The notes under the pieces: generated by a model
Told to the model about the DNA's origin: nothing
The model's database searches: none
What the model saw: only the letters and a program-made list of their open reading frames with translations
In this document: piece after piece, positions 1 to 8,820 of the stretch
Numbering within the stretch: position 1 is the first letter of the stretch
Layout: each line of letters starts with the position of its first letter
Assembly (NCBI GenBank): GCA_012103315.1
Contig: WLWZ01000016.1
Coordinates: forward strand, 6,288-70,287
Reading direction: 5' to 3'
Source: Alphaproteobacteria bacterium
Lineage (GTDB): Bacteria; Pseudomonadota; Alphaproteobacteria; MPNO01; UBA2964
DNA: 64,000 nucleotides
Made by a program: the position numbers and the translations under genes

Positions 1-1005
1 GAGGTCGCTGAAGCAATGGATGGCTATACCGTCATTGTAACGAAATCGACCGTTCCGGTTGGCACAGGGCGTGAGGTTAAACGTATTGTTTCTGAAGCGC
101 GCCCTGATGCAGAATTCGATATTGCTTCCAATCCTGAGTTCTTACGGGAGGGTGCTGCAATCAGTGATTTCATGCGCCCGGACCGGGTTGTTATTGGTAC
201 CGAGACTAAACGGGCAGCGGATGTTTTGAGCGAGCTTTATCGACCTCTCTATCTCCTTGAAACACCAATTGTTCAAACCACACTGGAGACCGCTGAGCTC
301 ACTAAGTACGCCGCGAACACATTCTTGGCGACAAAGATCACCTTCATTAATGAATTCGCTGATCTTTGTGAAAAGGTCGGGGCAAATGTTCAGGACGTTG
401 CACGGGGCATTGGTCTCGATGGACGGATCGGGAATAAGTTTTTGCATGCCGGGCCGGGTTATGGTGGGTCGTGTTTTCCAAAAGACACGCTGGCGCTGGT
501 TCAGACCGCGAAAGATGCCGGCGCTCCCATCCGGATCGTTGAAACGGTTGTTGATATTAACGAAAAACGTAAAACGCAGATGGCGGAGAAAGTTGTCGCG
601 GCTTGTGGCGGGTCTGTTGCCGATAAAACAATTGCTGTTCTCGGGCTTACTTTTAAACCAGATACCGATGATATGCGGGACAGTCCGAGCCTTGTCATCG
701 TTCCTGAACTTCAAAAAGCAGGAGCAACTATTCGAGCCTATGACCCTCAGGGGATGAAGGAGGCTGCTCACCTATTTGAAGATGTTGTATTTTGCGAGGG
801 ACCCTATGAGACAATGCAGGGCGCAAATGTTTTGGTGATTGTTACCGAGTGGAATGCCTTTCGCGCGTTAGATTTTGTGCGGGTCAAGAGCCTTCTGAAG
901 ACGCCGACGCTGGTTGATCTCAGAAATATTTATAATCTCGATGAGATGAAGCGTGCTGGGTTCTCTTATTACAGCGTGGGGCGCGAAGCCCTTCCGACTG
1001 AGTGA
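1..1005 (+). CDS. Nucleotide-sugar 6-dehydrogenase (UDP-glucose/GDP-mannose dehydrogenase family), C-terminal part; the N-terminus lies upstream of the window
   Basis: ORF 16..1005 is in frame with position 1. Motifs GPGYGGSCFPKD (catalytic Cys) and KPDTDDMRDSP are typical of the UDPGDH family. Confidence 0.85.
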   Translation, partial: EVAEAMDGYTVIVTKSTVPVGTGREVKRIVSEARPDAEFDIASNPEFLREGAAISDFMRPDRVVIGTETKRAADVLSELYRPLYLLETPIVQTTLETAELTKYAANTFLATKITFINEFADLCEKVGANVQDVARGIGLDGRIGNKFLHAGPGYGGSCFPKDTLALVQTAKDAGAPIRIVETVVDINEKRKTQMAEKVVAACGGSVADKTIAVLGLTFKPDTDDMRDSPSLVIVPELQKAGATIRAYDPQGMKEAAHLFEDVVFCEGPYETMQGANVLVIVTEWNAFRALDFVRVKSLLKTPTLVDLRNIYNLDEMKRAGFSYYSVGREALPTE

Positions 1006-2390
1006 TAGACATGGGTGGGTATCAGCTCGATCCGACAATTATACGCGAATATGATATTCGCGGAATTATCGATGAAACTGTAACGACTGAGGGTGCCCTC
1101 GCTATTGGTCGAGCCTTTGGCACGATGGTTATCGAGCAGGGTGGGCGTTCCGTTTGTGTTGGCTATGACGGTCGCTTGAGTTCACCTGATTTAGAAAAGG
1201 CGGTTGTCGACGGTTTGATGGCGTGTGGCCTGTCTGTTATCCGCGTAGGGCTTGGCCCAACGCCCATGCTCTATTTCGCCGTGAATACGGTTCCGGCAGA
1301 TGCCGGCATTATGATCTCTGGCTCACACAATCCACCTGAGTATAACGGTTTTAAGATGATGCTCGGCAAAGCACCGTTCTATGGCGAAGATATTCTCCGC
1401 CTGGGTGAGATTGCGGCGGCGGGTGACTACGCTGAAGGGATAGGCGAAAGTTCTGAGCATCCTGTCCATGACAAATATGTAGCGAGACTCGCTATCGATT
1501 ACAGTGGTTCGCGTTCGCTCAAAGTTGCTTGGGATGCTGGCAATGGTTCCGCTGGTGATGCGATGCGCGATCTTTGCGCTGTTCTGCCGGGCGAGCATAT
1601 TCTTCTCAATGAAAAAATCGATGGGACCTTTCCGGCACATCACCCAGATCCGACAGTCCCTGAGTGTCTCGAGCAACTTCAGGACGTTGTTCGGTCTGAA
1701 AACTGCGATTTTGGTATGGCGTTCGATGGTGATGGCGATCGCATTGGGGCAATTGATGGACAGGGTCGTATTCTTTGGGGCGACCAAATTATGATCTTGC
1801 TTGCTTCTGATGTTTTGAAAGAGATCCCCGGGGCAACGATTATCGCTGACGTTAAAGCCAGCCAAACGCTTTTTGATGAGGTTGGCCGGATGGGTGGTAA
1901 TCCATTGATGTGGCGGACCGGACATTCACTCATTAAAGCGAAAATGGCAGAAACGAAGGCGCCCCTCGCTGGCGAGATGAGTGGGCATATCTTTTTTGCC
2001 GATAAATATTACGGCTATGATGATGGACTTTACGCTGCGGTGCGGTTGTTGAATCACGTGGCAAATCAGGGCCTGTCCCTTGCGGAAATTCGCGACGGCT
2101 TGCCTCAACCCGTGAACACGCCCGAGCTGAGGTTCCCGTGTGGTGAAACTCGTAAGTTCGAAGTGGTGGAAGAAGTTTTGGAACGGGTGCGTGCGAAAGG
2201 TGCAGATATCAGCGACGTCGATGGTCTTCGAGTGAAAACAGATGACGGATGGTGGCTGCTTCGAGCGTCGAATACTCAAGACGTCCTGGTTGCCCGATGC
2301 GAGGCCAATGATAATGACGGGCTTGCTCGGCTCCGTGATGCTCTTGTTGCTGAGTTGACGGAAAGTGGCGTTCAACCACCTGACTTTTAG
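1002..2390 (+). CDS. Phosphomannomutase/phosphoglucomutase
   Basis: 462 aa. Active-site loop GIMISGSHNPPEYNGFK and the FDGDGDR metal-binding motif. Start overlaps the upstream stop by 4 nt (ATGA). Confidence 0.85.
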   Translation: MIDMGGYQLDPTIIREYDIRGIIDETVTTEGALAIGRAFGTMVIEQGGRSVCVGYDGRLSSPDLEKAVVDGLMACGLSVIRVGLGPTPMLYFAVNTVPADAGIMISGSHNPPEYNGFKMMLGKAPFYGEDILRLGEIAAAGDYAEGIGESSEHPVHDKYVARLAIDYSGSRSLKVAWDAGNGSAGDAMRDLCAVLPGEHILLNEKIDGTFPAHHPDPTVPECLEQLQDVVRSENCDFGMAFDGDGDRIGAIDGQGRILWGDQIMILLASDVLKEIPGATIIADVKASQTLFDEVGRMGGNPLMWRTGHSLIKAKMAETKAPLAGEMSGHIFFADKYYGYDDGLYAAVRLLNHVANQGLSLAEIRDGLPQPVNTPELRFPCGETRKFEVVEEVLERVRAKGADISDVDGLRVKTDDGWWLLRASNTQDVLVARCEANDNDGLARLRDALVAELTESGVQPPDF

Positions 2391-2393
2391 CGC

Positions 2394-3602
2394 CTAACGG
2401 TCTCCCTGTGAGACCGCATTTTCTTCCTTGATAACGAGACAGGTTATATTTCGTCGCTTGAGGACTCTGCACGCCTCACGGGCCTTCGCTTCGACCAATC
2501 CAACAAGCCGAGCTCGATAAATTCTCTTGCCGCGCGCAGCGCTGGATTTAACCGATATACGACTTCGTCTTAGTCCGGGTGCAATGCGAGAAGCCCGGGA
2601 AGCCGCTAAATGCGCCGGGGTGAACCTGTCAAAGGCGCCAACTTGAACACTCCAATGACGCGGTATCTTCTTAGCTTTTTTACGTTTATTGGCCGCTTTA
2701 CGTTTTGCAATCTGCGCCGGTGTTAAGCCTGCGAACGTAACCGGCAATCCACCATTTACTCCGGCAATATTACGCGTTCGGTCAGTCTTATCCATTTCAT
2801 CAAGCATTTTGAATGCCCGCTTAAATAGGGTGATCATATGGGTGTCGCGCTTGTTGCCTGATTTGCCGCCAAACACTGCTCCGATAAGCCGCCGCCTCTT
2901 ATATTTAAGGGATACGGCGATATTGAATCCAGAATCGCGAATGTAACCCGTTTTGATTCCGTCCGTGCCGGGTAGTCGTCGCAGTAGTTTATTGTGATTG
3001 CCGTGCGTACGACCGCGGTAGCGAAATTCCGTTGTCTTAAAATATTTGAATCGTTTGGGAAAATCCCGACGTAGGGCAATGGACAGCCTGGCCATGTCAC
3101 GCGCTGTCGTTACTTGCCTTTTATTTGGTAACCCAGAAGCATTTTTAAAAGTCGTTCGGGTCATACCGAGTTGTCGGGCGCGGTGGGTCATCATACGGGC
3201 AAATTTTTCTTCTGTGCCGCCAAGCCCTTCAGCAATAACAGTTGCGACGTCGTTAGCGGATTTTGTGACGAGTGCCTTGATTCCTTGTTGCACCGTAATT
3301 GTAGTGCCGCGCTTAACATATATCTTGGATTTTGGGCGTCTCGCCGCCCGCCGGGAAACCTTTAGGCGGGTGCTTAATTTCAGTTTTCCTGACTTTAGCT
3401 TCTCAAAGACCATGTAGAGGGTCATCATTTTTGTAAGCGAAGCAGGATATACCCTCCAATCGGGATTGACGGCATGAAGCACGGAGCCGCTTTTTTCATC
3501 CACAATAATAGAGGCGTAGCGCGCTGCTGAGGCTGGTGTGAGCTGAGTGAGGGTGACGACGATCAGGCCGGCAATTAGATGGAGACGCACATCGGCCCCC
3601 AT
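2394..3602 (-). CDS. D-alanyl-D-alanine carboxypeptidase (peptidase S11, PBP5/6-like) with C-terminal SPOR domain
   Basis: 402 aa. N-terminal signal-like segment; SLTKMMT (SxxK) active site. C-terminal WSVQVGAF...RARLVGL region resembles a SPOR domain. Confidence 0.75.
   Translation of the reverse strand: MGADVRLHLIAGLIVVTLTQLTPASAARYASIIVDEKSGSVLHAVNPDWRVYPASLTKMMTLYMVFEKLKSGKLKLSTRLKVSRRAARRPKSKIYVKRGTTITVQQGIKALVTKSANDVATVIAEGLGGTEEKFARMMTHRARQLGMTRTTFKNASGLPNKRQVTTARDMARLSIALRRDFPKRFKYFKTTEFRYRGRTHGNHNKLLRRLPGTDGIKTGYIRDSGFNIAVSLKYKRRRLIGAVFGGKSGNKRDTHMITLFKRAFKMLDEMDKTDRTRNIAGVNGGLPVTFAGLTPAQIAKRKAANKRKKAKKIPRHWSVQVGAFDRFTPAHLAASRASRIAPGLRRSRISVKSSAARGKRIYRARLVGLVEAKAREACRVLKRRNITCLVIKEENAVSQGDR
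2399..2426 (+). terminator. Rho-independent terminator candidate after the manB-like gene
   Basis: GGTCTC-cctgt-GAGACC hairpin followed by gcATTTTCTTCC. Confidence 0.45.
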
Positions 3603-3953
3603 ATTCGATGGTATGCTTGATGCGCCATATCGAAACTTGTTTGCCCGCCAATCCGGAAGCTATTGAATCTAAAGAGATTCTAATTCAAAGCCGTTCAAAA
3701 GTCTATTTTGGTCTTAATAATTTAAGGCTCGATTAACCCTAATTAAATCGACCGTAACCGATTGTAATCTAGTGGTCTTTAAAAACTCTGTCGGAATTGT
3801 GATGTTGGCGTGGCGAATCATAGGTTAAAGGCCGCCAGGAATTACATTGTTAGGGGTAGTTTGTTCTTTAAACATATGTACCCTATCTAATAACATATCC
3901 ACTTACTTAGCATTGAAGTCTTAAGCCACAGATTAGAGAACTTTCGAAGAACG

Positions 3954-4292
3954 ATGAGCGATAAAGAGACAGACCGGCCGCCTGGCGGAGACGACGACAC
4001 CAATGTTGGTGTCGTTGTCAGAACTAAGCCAAAAACCCGGAAACCGTCGATGTACAAAGTCATTATGTTGAATGACGATTACACGCCGATGGAATTCGTC
4101 GTGTTGGTGCTAGAGCGTTTCTTTAGCAAAAACCACGAAGAAGCCATAAACATCATGCTTCATGTGCATCAGAAGGGTGTTGGTATTTGTGGTGTCTTTA
4201 CCTATGAGGTCGCAGAGACCAAAGTAACCCAAGTGATGGATCTGGCGCAGGAGCACCAGCATCCTTTGCAATGTACCCTCGAGAAGGAGTAA
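3954..4292 (+). CDS. clpS: ATP-dependent Clp protease adaptor ClpS
   Basis: 112 aa. [17 protein letters not shown] core matches ClpS. Immediately followed by clpA. Confidence 0.9.
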   Translation: MSDKETDRPPGGDDDTNVGVVVRTKPKTRKPSMYKVIMLNDDYTPMEFVVLVLERFFSKNHEEAINIMLHVHQKGVGICGVFTYEVAETKVTQVMDLAQEHQHPLQCTLEKE

Positions 4293-4295
4293 CGC

Positions 4296-6662
4296 ATGTT
4301 GTCGCGGAATCTCGAACGTAGTCTTCATCAAGCGTTGTCATGTGCGCGTGAGCGCCACCATGAATACGCAACGCTTGAACACTTATTGTTTGCGTTGATC
4401 GAAGATCAGGATGCAATCGCGGTATTGCGCGCTTGCGGCGTTGATATTGATAAGCTCAAAGAAGATCTCGTTGATTATCTTGATAACGAATTAGGCAATC
4501 TTGTTGTTAATCGCGACGAGGACCCGAAACCCACCGCGAGTTTTCAACGTGTCGTTCAACGTGCTGCAATTCATGTTCAGACAGCGGGTCGTCAGGAAGT
4601 TACTGGCGCCAATGTTCTGGTTGCGATGTTTTCTGAGCGTGAATCTCATGCGGTTTACTATCTCCAAGAACAAGAGATGTCACGGTTCGATGCGGTCAAT
4701 TATATCTCTCACGGTATCGCTAAAGTACCAGGTCGCTCAGAGCCGAAGCCGGTTGAAGGTGCGGAAGGTGATGAGGGAGATGAGACCGATATCAAGGAAG
4801 GGCATGAAGCGCTTGATGCGTACTGTGTTGATCTCAATCAAAAGGCCAGTGAGGGCAAGATTGATCCACTGATTGGCCGAGCAGCAGAGATCGAACGCAC
4901 CATTCAGGTCTTATGCCGTCGTACAAAGAACAACCCACTTTATGTTGGCGATGCTGGCGTTGGTAAGACAGCATTGGCAGAAGGGTTGGCCAAGCGCATC
5001 GTCGATGGGGAAGTCCCTGAAGTGCTCGCCGATGCAACGATCTTTTCTTTAGATATGGGCGCGCTGCTCGCAGGAACCCGTTATCGCGGTGATTTCGAAG
5101 AGCGCCTTAAGGCCGTTGTCACAGAGCTGGATGCTTGTGAAGGCGCCATCCTGTTTATTGATGAAATCCATACGGTAATCGGTGCTGGGGCGACCAGTGG
5201 TGGCTCGATGGATGCCTCTAACTTGCTCAAGCCTGCACTGCAGAGTGGAACGTTACGATGCATGGGGTCGACGACCTATAAGGAATATCGGTCCTACTTT
5301 GAAAAAGACCGGGCATTGGTACGCCGCTTTCAGAAGATTGATGTCATCGAGCCATCAATTGAGGATGCGGTTAAAATTCTGCGAGGCTTGAAACCTTACT
5401 ACGAAAAACATCACCGCGTCCGTTACACCGCGGAAGCGATCCGGACGGCGGTGGAGCTTGCAGCCCGCTATATCAATGATCGTAAACTTCCAGATAAGGC
5501 AATTGACGTCATTGATGAAGTGGGCGCTGCGCAGATGCTGCTGCCGGAAGGTAAACGCCGCAAGATGATCACGGTAAAAGACGTCGAGGATGTCGTTGCC
5601 AAAATCGCGAGAATACCGCCAAAAAGTGTTTCTCGGGATGATCAGGAAACGCTTAAGACGCTCGGCGACGATCTAAAGCGCGTCGTCTTTGGACAGGACG
5701 ACGCTATTGCCGCCTTGTCGTCAGCGATCAAACTCTCACGGGCGGGTCTCCGCGAACCCGAAAAACCGATTGGGTCCTATTTGTTCTCAGGTCCAACTGG
5801 CGTGGGTAAGACAGAAGTGGCCCGTCAGCTCGCCAATACGATGGGTATCGAGCTGATCCGATTTGATATGTCGGAATATATGGAACGCCATACGGTTTCG
5901 CGTCTCATCGGTGCGCCACCTGGGTATGTCGGGTTTGATCAGGGCGGATTGCTGACCGATGCGATTGATCAGCACCCCCACGCGGTCCTGTTGCTCGATG
6001 AAATCGAGAAGGCGCATCCTGATCTGTTCAACATCCTGTTGCAGGTCATGGATCATGGCCGCCTGACGGATCATAACGGCAAGAACGTGGACTTCCGGAA
6101 TGTCATCTTGATTATGACAACCAACGCCGGGGCTGCTGATATGGCCAAAGAAGCCATTGGTATTGGTCGTACGAAGCGTGAAGGCGATGACGAAGAGGCT
6201 ATTAAGCGCATGTTTACGCCTGAATTCCGCAATCGTCTCGATGCCACGATTGGCTTTGCTGGTCTCTCGCCTGAAATCGTCTCACTGGTTGTCGATAAGT
6301 TTGTCATGCAGCTAGAAGTCCAGCTCGAGGATCGTAATGTGACGATCGAGTTGGATAAAGACTCCCGGAAATGGCTTGTTGAAAAAGGTTATGACGAACA
6401 TTTCGGAGCGCGCCCGTTGGGTCGCCTCATTCAGGAGAGTATTAAGACGCCACTGGCTGATGAGTTGCTGTTCGGCAAGCTCGCAAAAGGCGGCGTGGTT
6501 AATGTCTCAGTGAAGGACAAGGAGCTGACCTTCGATATCCGACCCGAGGACCCGAAAAAGAAACCAACCAAGCTTAAAGCGAAAGCAAAAGGTAAAGGTA
6601 GGGGTAAAGACTCCGGGAAAGACAATGGTGACGGCAAGAAAACACCGGAACTTGTTAAATAG
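4296..6662 (+). CDS. clpA: ATP-dependent Clp protease ATP-binding subunit ClpA
   Basis: 788 aa. Two AAA+ modules (GDAGVGKT and GPTGVGKT Walker A motifs); clpS-clpA order; Lys-rich C-terminal tail. Confidence 0.9.
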   Translation: MLSRNLERSLHQALSCARERHHEYATLEHLLFALIEDQDAIAVLRACGVDIDKLKEDLVDYLDNELGNLVVNRDEDPKPTASFQRVVQRAAIHVQTAGRQEVTGANVLVAMFSERESHAVYYLQEQEMSRFDAVNYISHGIAKVPGRSEPKPVEGAEGDEGDETDIKEGHEALDAYCVDLNQKASEGKIDPLIGRAAEIERTIQVLCRRTKNNPLYVGDAGVGKTALAEGLAKRIVDGEVPEVLADATIFSLDMGALLAGTRYRGDFEERLKAVVTELDACEGAILFIDEIHTVIGAGATSGGSMDASNLLKPALQSGTLRCMGSTTYKEYRSYFEKDRALVRRFQKIDVIEPSIEDAVKILRGLKPYYEKHHRVRYTAEAIRTAVELAARYINDRKLPDKAIDVIDEVGAAQMLLPEGKRRKMITVKDVEDVVAKIARIPPKSVSRDDQETLKTLGDDLKRVVFGQDDAIAALSSAIKLSRAGLREPEKPIGSYLFSGPTGVGKTEVARQLANTMGIELIRFDMSEYMERHTVSRLIGAPPGYVGFDQGGLLTDAIDQHPHAVLLLDEIEKAHPDLFNILLQVMDHGRLTDHNGKNVDFRNVILIMTTNAGAADMAKEAIGIGRTKREGDDEEAIKRMFTPEFRNRLDATIGFAGLSPEIVSLVVDKFVMQLEVQLEDRNVTIELDKDSRKWLVEKGYDEHFGARPLGRLIQESIKTPLADELLFGKLAKGGVVNVSVKDKELTFDIRPEDPKKKPTKLKAKAKGKGRGKDSGKDNGDGKKTPELVK

Positions 6663-6688
6663 TTCGGTGATAGCTGCTTCGTGTTGAA

Positions 6689-7852
6689 TTAAAGCTCGAA
6701 GTCTTTCCGATAGGGCGAACGTTCGTCTTCAAGGACGTCCATTTCCCATTCGGTTTCACGTTGTTCACTCTTCAGGAACTTAGCCACTGCGTCCCTGAAT
6801 GCGGGGTCCCGTATCCAGTGCGCACTATAAGTTTCTGAGGGCAAATACCCTCGGCTGATCTTGTGTGGGCCCTGAGCGCCCGCTTCAACCCGTGCAAGGC
6901 CGTTATCAATGGCGTATTCAATCGCGCGGTAAAAGCATGCTTCAAAATATAACATGCGATAGCGAGGGGAGCCGCCCCAGTTGCGCCCATACAACGTATC
7001 TGAGCCGCGTAGGTTAAGCGCGGCGCCAACATACTCCCCGTCGTCGCTGGCCATGATCATGACGACTTTGTCGGCCAGTCTCTCCTGCATCAGCATAAAG
7101 AAGTCACGATTGAGATAGGCGTGCGCCCACTTCTTTTCGACCGTCGTGAGATAGAACTCGTAGAACGCCTCCATATGCTCCGGTTTCAGGTCGTCACCCG
7201 TGAGCACTTCAATATTGGCATCCTGATTTGCAAGCTTGCGTTCTCTACGGATGGCTTTTCGTTTGCGGGAATTTAGGGCCCCAAGAAAGTCTGCAAATGT
7301 TTCATATCCCCGATTGTGCCAATGGAACTGTTTGCCGAGCCGCTTGAGAAACTCCTGGCCTTCTAAAAGGTCTCGCTCTTCCTTTTCACAAAAGGTGATG
7401 TGGAGCGATGACACCTCATGTTGATTGGCGAGCTCCCTCAGTCCAGAAACAAGAATATGTCGGGTCTTGTCACCGTCAGGGCCAGGACGGACCAATAAGC
7501 GAGGTCCTGTAACGGGAGAGAAGGGAACTGATATCTGGAGTTTGGGATAGTATTTGCCACCGGCGCGTTCGAACGCATCGGCCCAGCCCCAATCGAAGAC
7601 ATATTCGCCGTAAGAGTGGTTCTTGAGATAGCAAGGTACCGCACCGACCAATTGCCCTGAAGCATCTTCCAACAATAGATGTTGTGGCAACCAGCCAGAC
7701 TCAGCGCAGGCCGCCCCACTTTCCTCCAGTATGTCGAGAAACGCATGGCTGACGAAAGGATTGTCAGCCCCTGCGCAGGCATTCCATTCCGCCGCATCAA
7801 TCTCGGCGATACGGTTAGTCACCTTTACGGCTATGGCGTCTCCATCAGGCAT
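6689..7852 (-). CDS. FemAB-like / BioF2-like N-acetyltransferase family protein (COG3146/DUF482)
   Basis: 387 aa. The family N-terminal signature AEIDAAEWNAC...NPFVSHAFLDILEESG is present. Confidence 0.6.
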   Translation of the reverse strand: MPDGDAIAVKVTNRIAEIDAAEWNACAGADNPFVSHAFLDILEESGAACAESGWLPQHLLLEDASGQLVGAVPCYLKNHSYGEYVFDWGWADAFERAGGKYYPKLQISVPFSPVTGPRLLVRPGPDGDKTRHILVSGLRELANQHEVSSLHITFCEKEERDLLEGQEFLKRLGKQFHWHNRGYETFADFLGALNSRKRKAIRRERKLANQDANIEVLTGDDLKPEHMEAFYEFYLTTVEKKWAHAYLNRDFFMLMQERLADKVVMIMASDDGEYVGAALNLRGSDTLYGRNWGGSPRYRMLYFEACFYRAIEYAIDNGLARVEAGAQGPHKISRGYLPSETYSAHWIRDPAFRDAVAKFLKSEQRETEWEMDVLEDERSPYRKDFEL

Positions 7853-7935
7853 AAGTTGAGACTAGGGGAGGGGTTGGAAACGGACAAGACAACGTCACGG
7901 TCACCTTCGAAATGCAAATTTTTCTTGGGGTGTCT

Positions 7936-8400
7936 CTACTCAACCTCAAAGATACCGTCGACTTCTACAGCGGCGCCTTGTGGGAGCGACGCCGTTGCGA
8001 CAGCAAAACGGGCATGACGTCCCGCATCACCGAATATTTCAACCATTAAGTCTGACGCGCCGTTCATGACGGTCGGTGGGCCGATAAAATCAGGCGTCGC
8101 ATTGACGAAACCGCCGAGTTTAACGACCCGTTTGACGCGGTCCAGATCACCGCTACAGGCGACCTTGAGTTGGCCGAGTAGATTGAGGCCGCACGCCCGC
8201 GCTGCCTGTTGGCCGGTTTCCACGTTGACGTCTTCACCAAGCTTTCCAGCGATGAGTCCGTCTGCGGCCATGGATACCTGGCCGGACACAAATATCAAAT
8301 TCCCGGTTTGGACGAACGGTATGTAGTTTGCGGAAGGGGTACGAGGTTCGGGGATGTTGATGCCCAGCTCGGCAACGCGTGCGTCGATCTTTCCAGCCAT
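7936..8400 (-). CDS. ridA: RidA/YjgF family reactive-intermediate deaminase
   Basis: 154 aa; similarity to the YjgF/TdcF endoribonuclease L-PSP fold. Confidence 0.8.
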   Translation of the reverse strand: MAGKIDARVAELGINIPEPRTPSANYIPFVQTGNLIFVSGQVSMAADGLIAGKLGEDVNVETGQQAARACGLNLLGQLKVACSGDLDRVKRVVKLGGFVNATPDFIGPPTVMNGASDLMVEIFGDAGRHARFAVATASLPQGAAVEVDGIFEVE

Positions 8401-8496
8401 TTTCTTTCCTGTCGGTTTGAGAATTCAGTAATACCAGCCTAGCGATAGAGCCTAATCATCGCTAGGGGGAATTCTTAAATTTGAGCTGGATTATCC

Positions 8497-8528
8497 AAAA
8501 AATGCGGGGGGTGAATTTCACCCCCCGC
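8497..8528 (-). terminator. Strong rho-independent terminator (minus strand) ending the nrdJ-like transcription unit
   Basis: Perfect 12-bp GC-rich inverted repeat GCGGGGGGTGAA-t-TTCACCCCCCGC, followed on the minus strand by CATTTTTTGG. Confidence 0.8.
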
Positions 8529-8547
8529 AGTTCAGGGAGACGCAACG

Positions 8548-8820
8548 TCAAAGATGCCGTTGCTCGACAGCAGCGTCCGGTGAGGAAGAACCGGGCGCTG
8601 CACTCCGTGCCGTATCCGATGCAGAACGGCGCGAAGTTCCTGCATCACCTTTGGTTTTTTCTTCCAAGGTGATGGCTGTCTGGTTTTTACCGGGCGGTTC
8701 TTGAATAGGTGTCCGCTCAGTAGATAATCCGCGGGTGGCATGGGCGAGGGCCAATGCCTGTGACATCTCCGCAGGAGATGCATTGTTAGAAAATTTTGGG
8801 ACGTGTGTCGTAGGTTTCAT
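8548..8820 (-). CDS. Hypothetical small Ser/Ala/Thr-rich protein (90 aa, probably disordered), translationally coupled to the nrdJ-like gene
   Basis: Its ATG directly abuts the TAG stop of the upstream gene (TAGATG). It lies before the terminator hairpin. Sequence is low complexity, so it could be a non-coding 3' region. Confidence 0.3.
   Translation of the reverse strand: MKPTTHVPKFSNNASPAEMSQALALAHATRGLSTERTPIQEPPGKNQTAITLEEKTKGDAGTSRRSASDTARSAAPGSSSPDAAVEQRHL

Noticed and set aside
142-771. Many 60-200 aa ORFs in the six-frame track nested inside or antisense to long conserved genes (ugd, manB, clpA, nrdJ-like, glnE, asmA and others)
   Set aside because: No recognisable domains. They are fully overlapped by confidently assigned genes on the other strand or frame.
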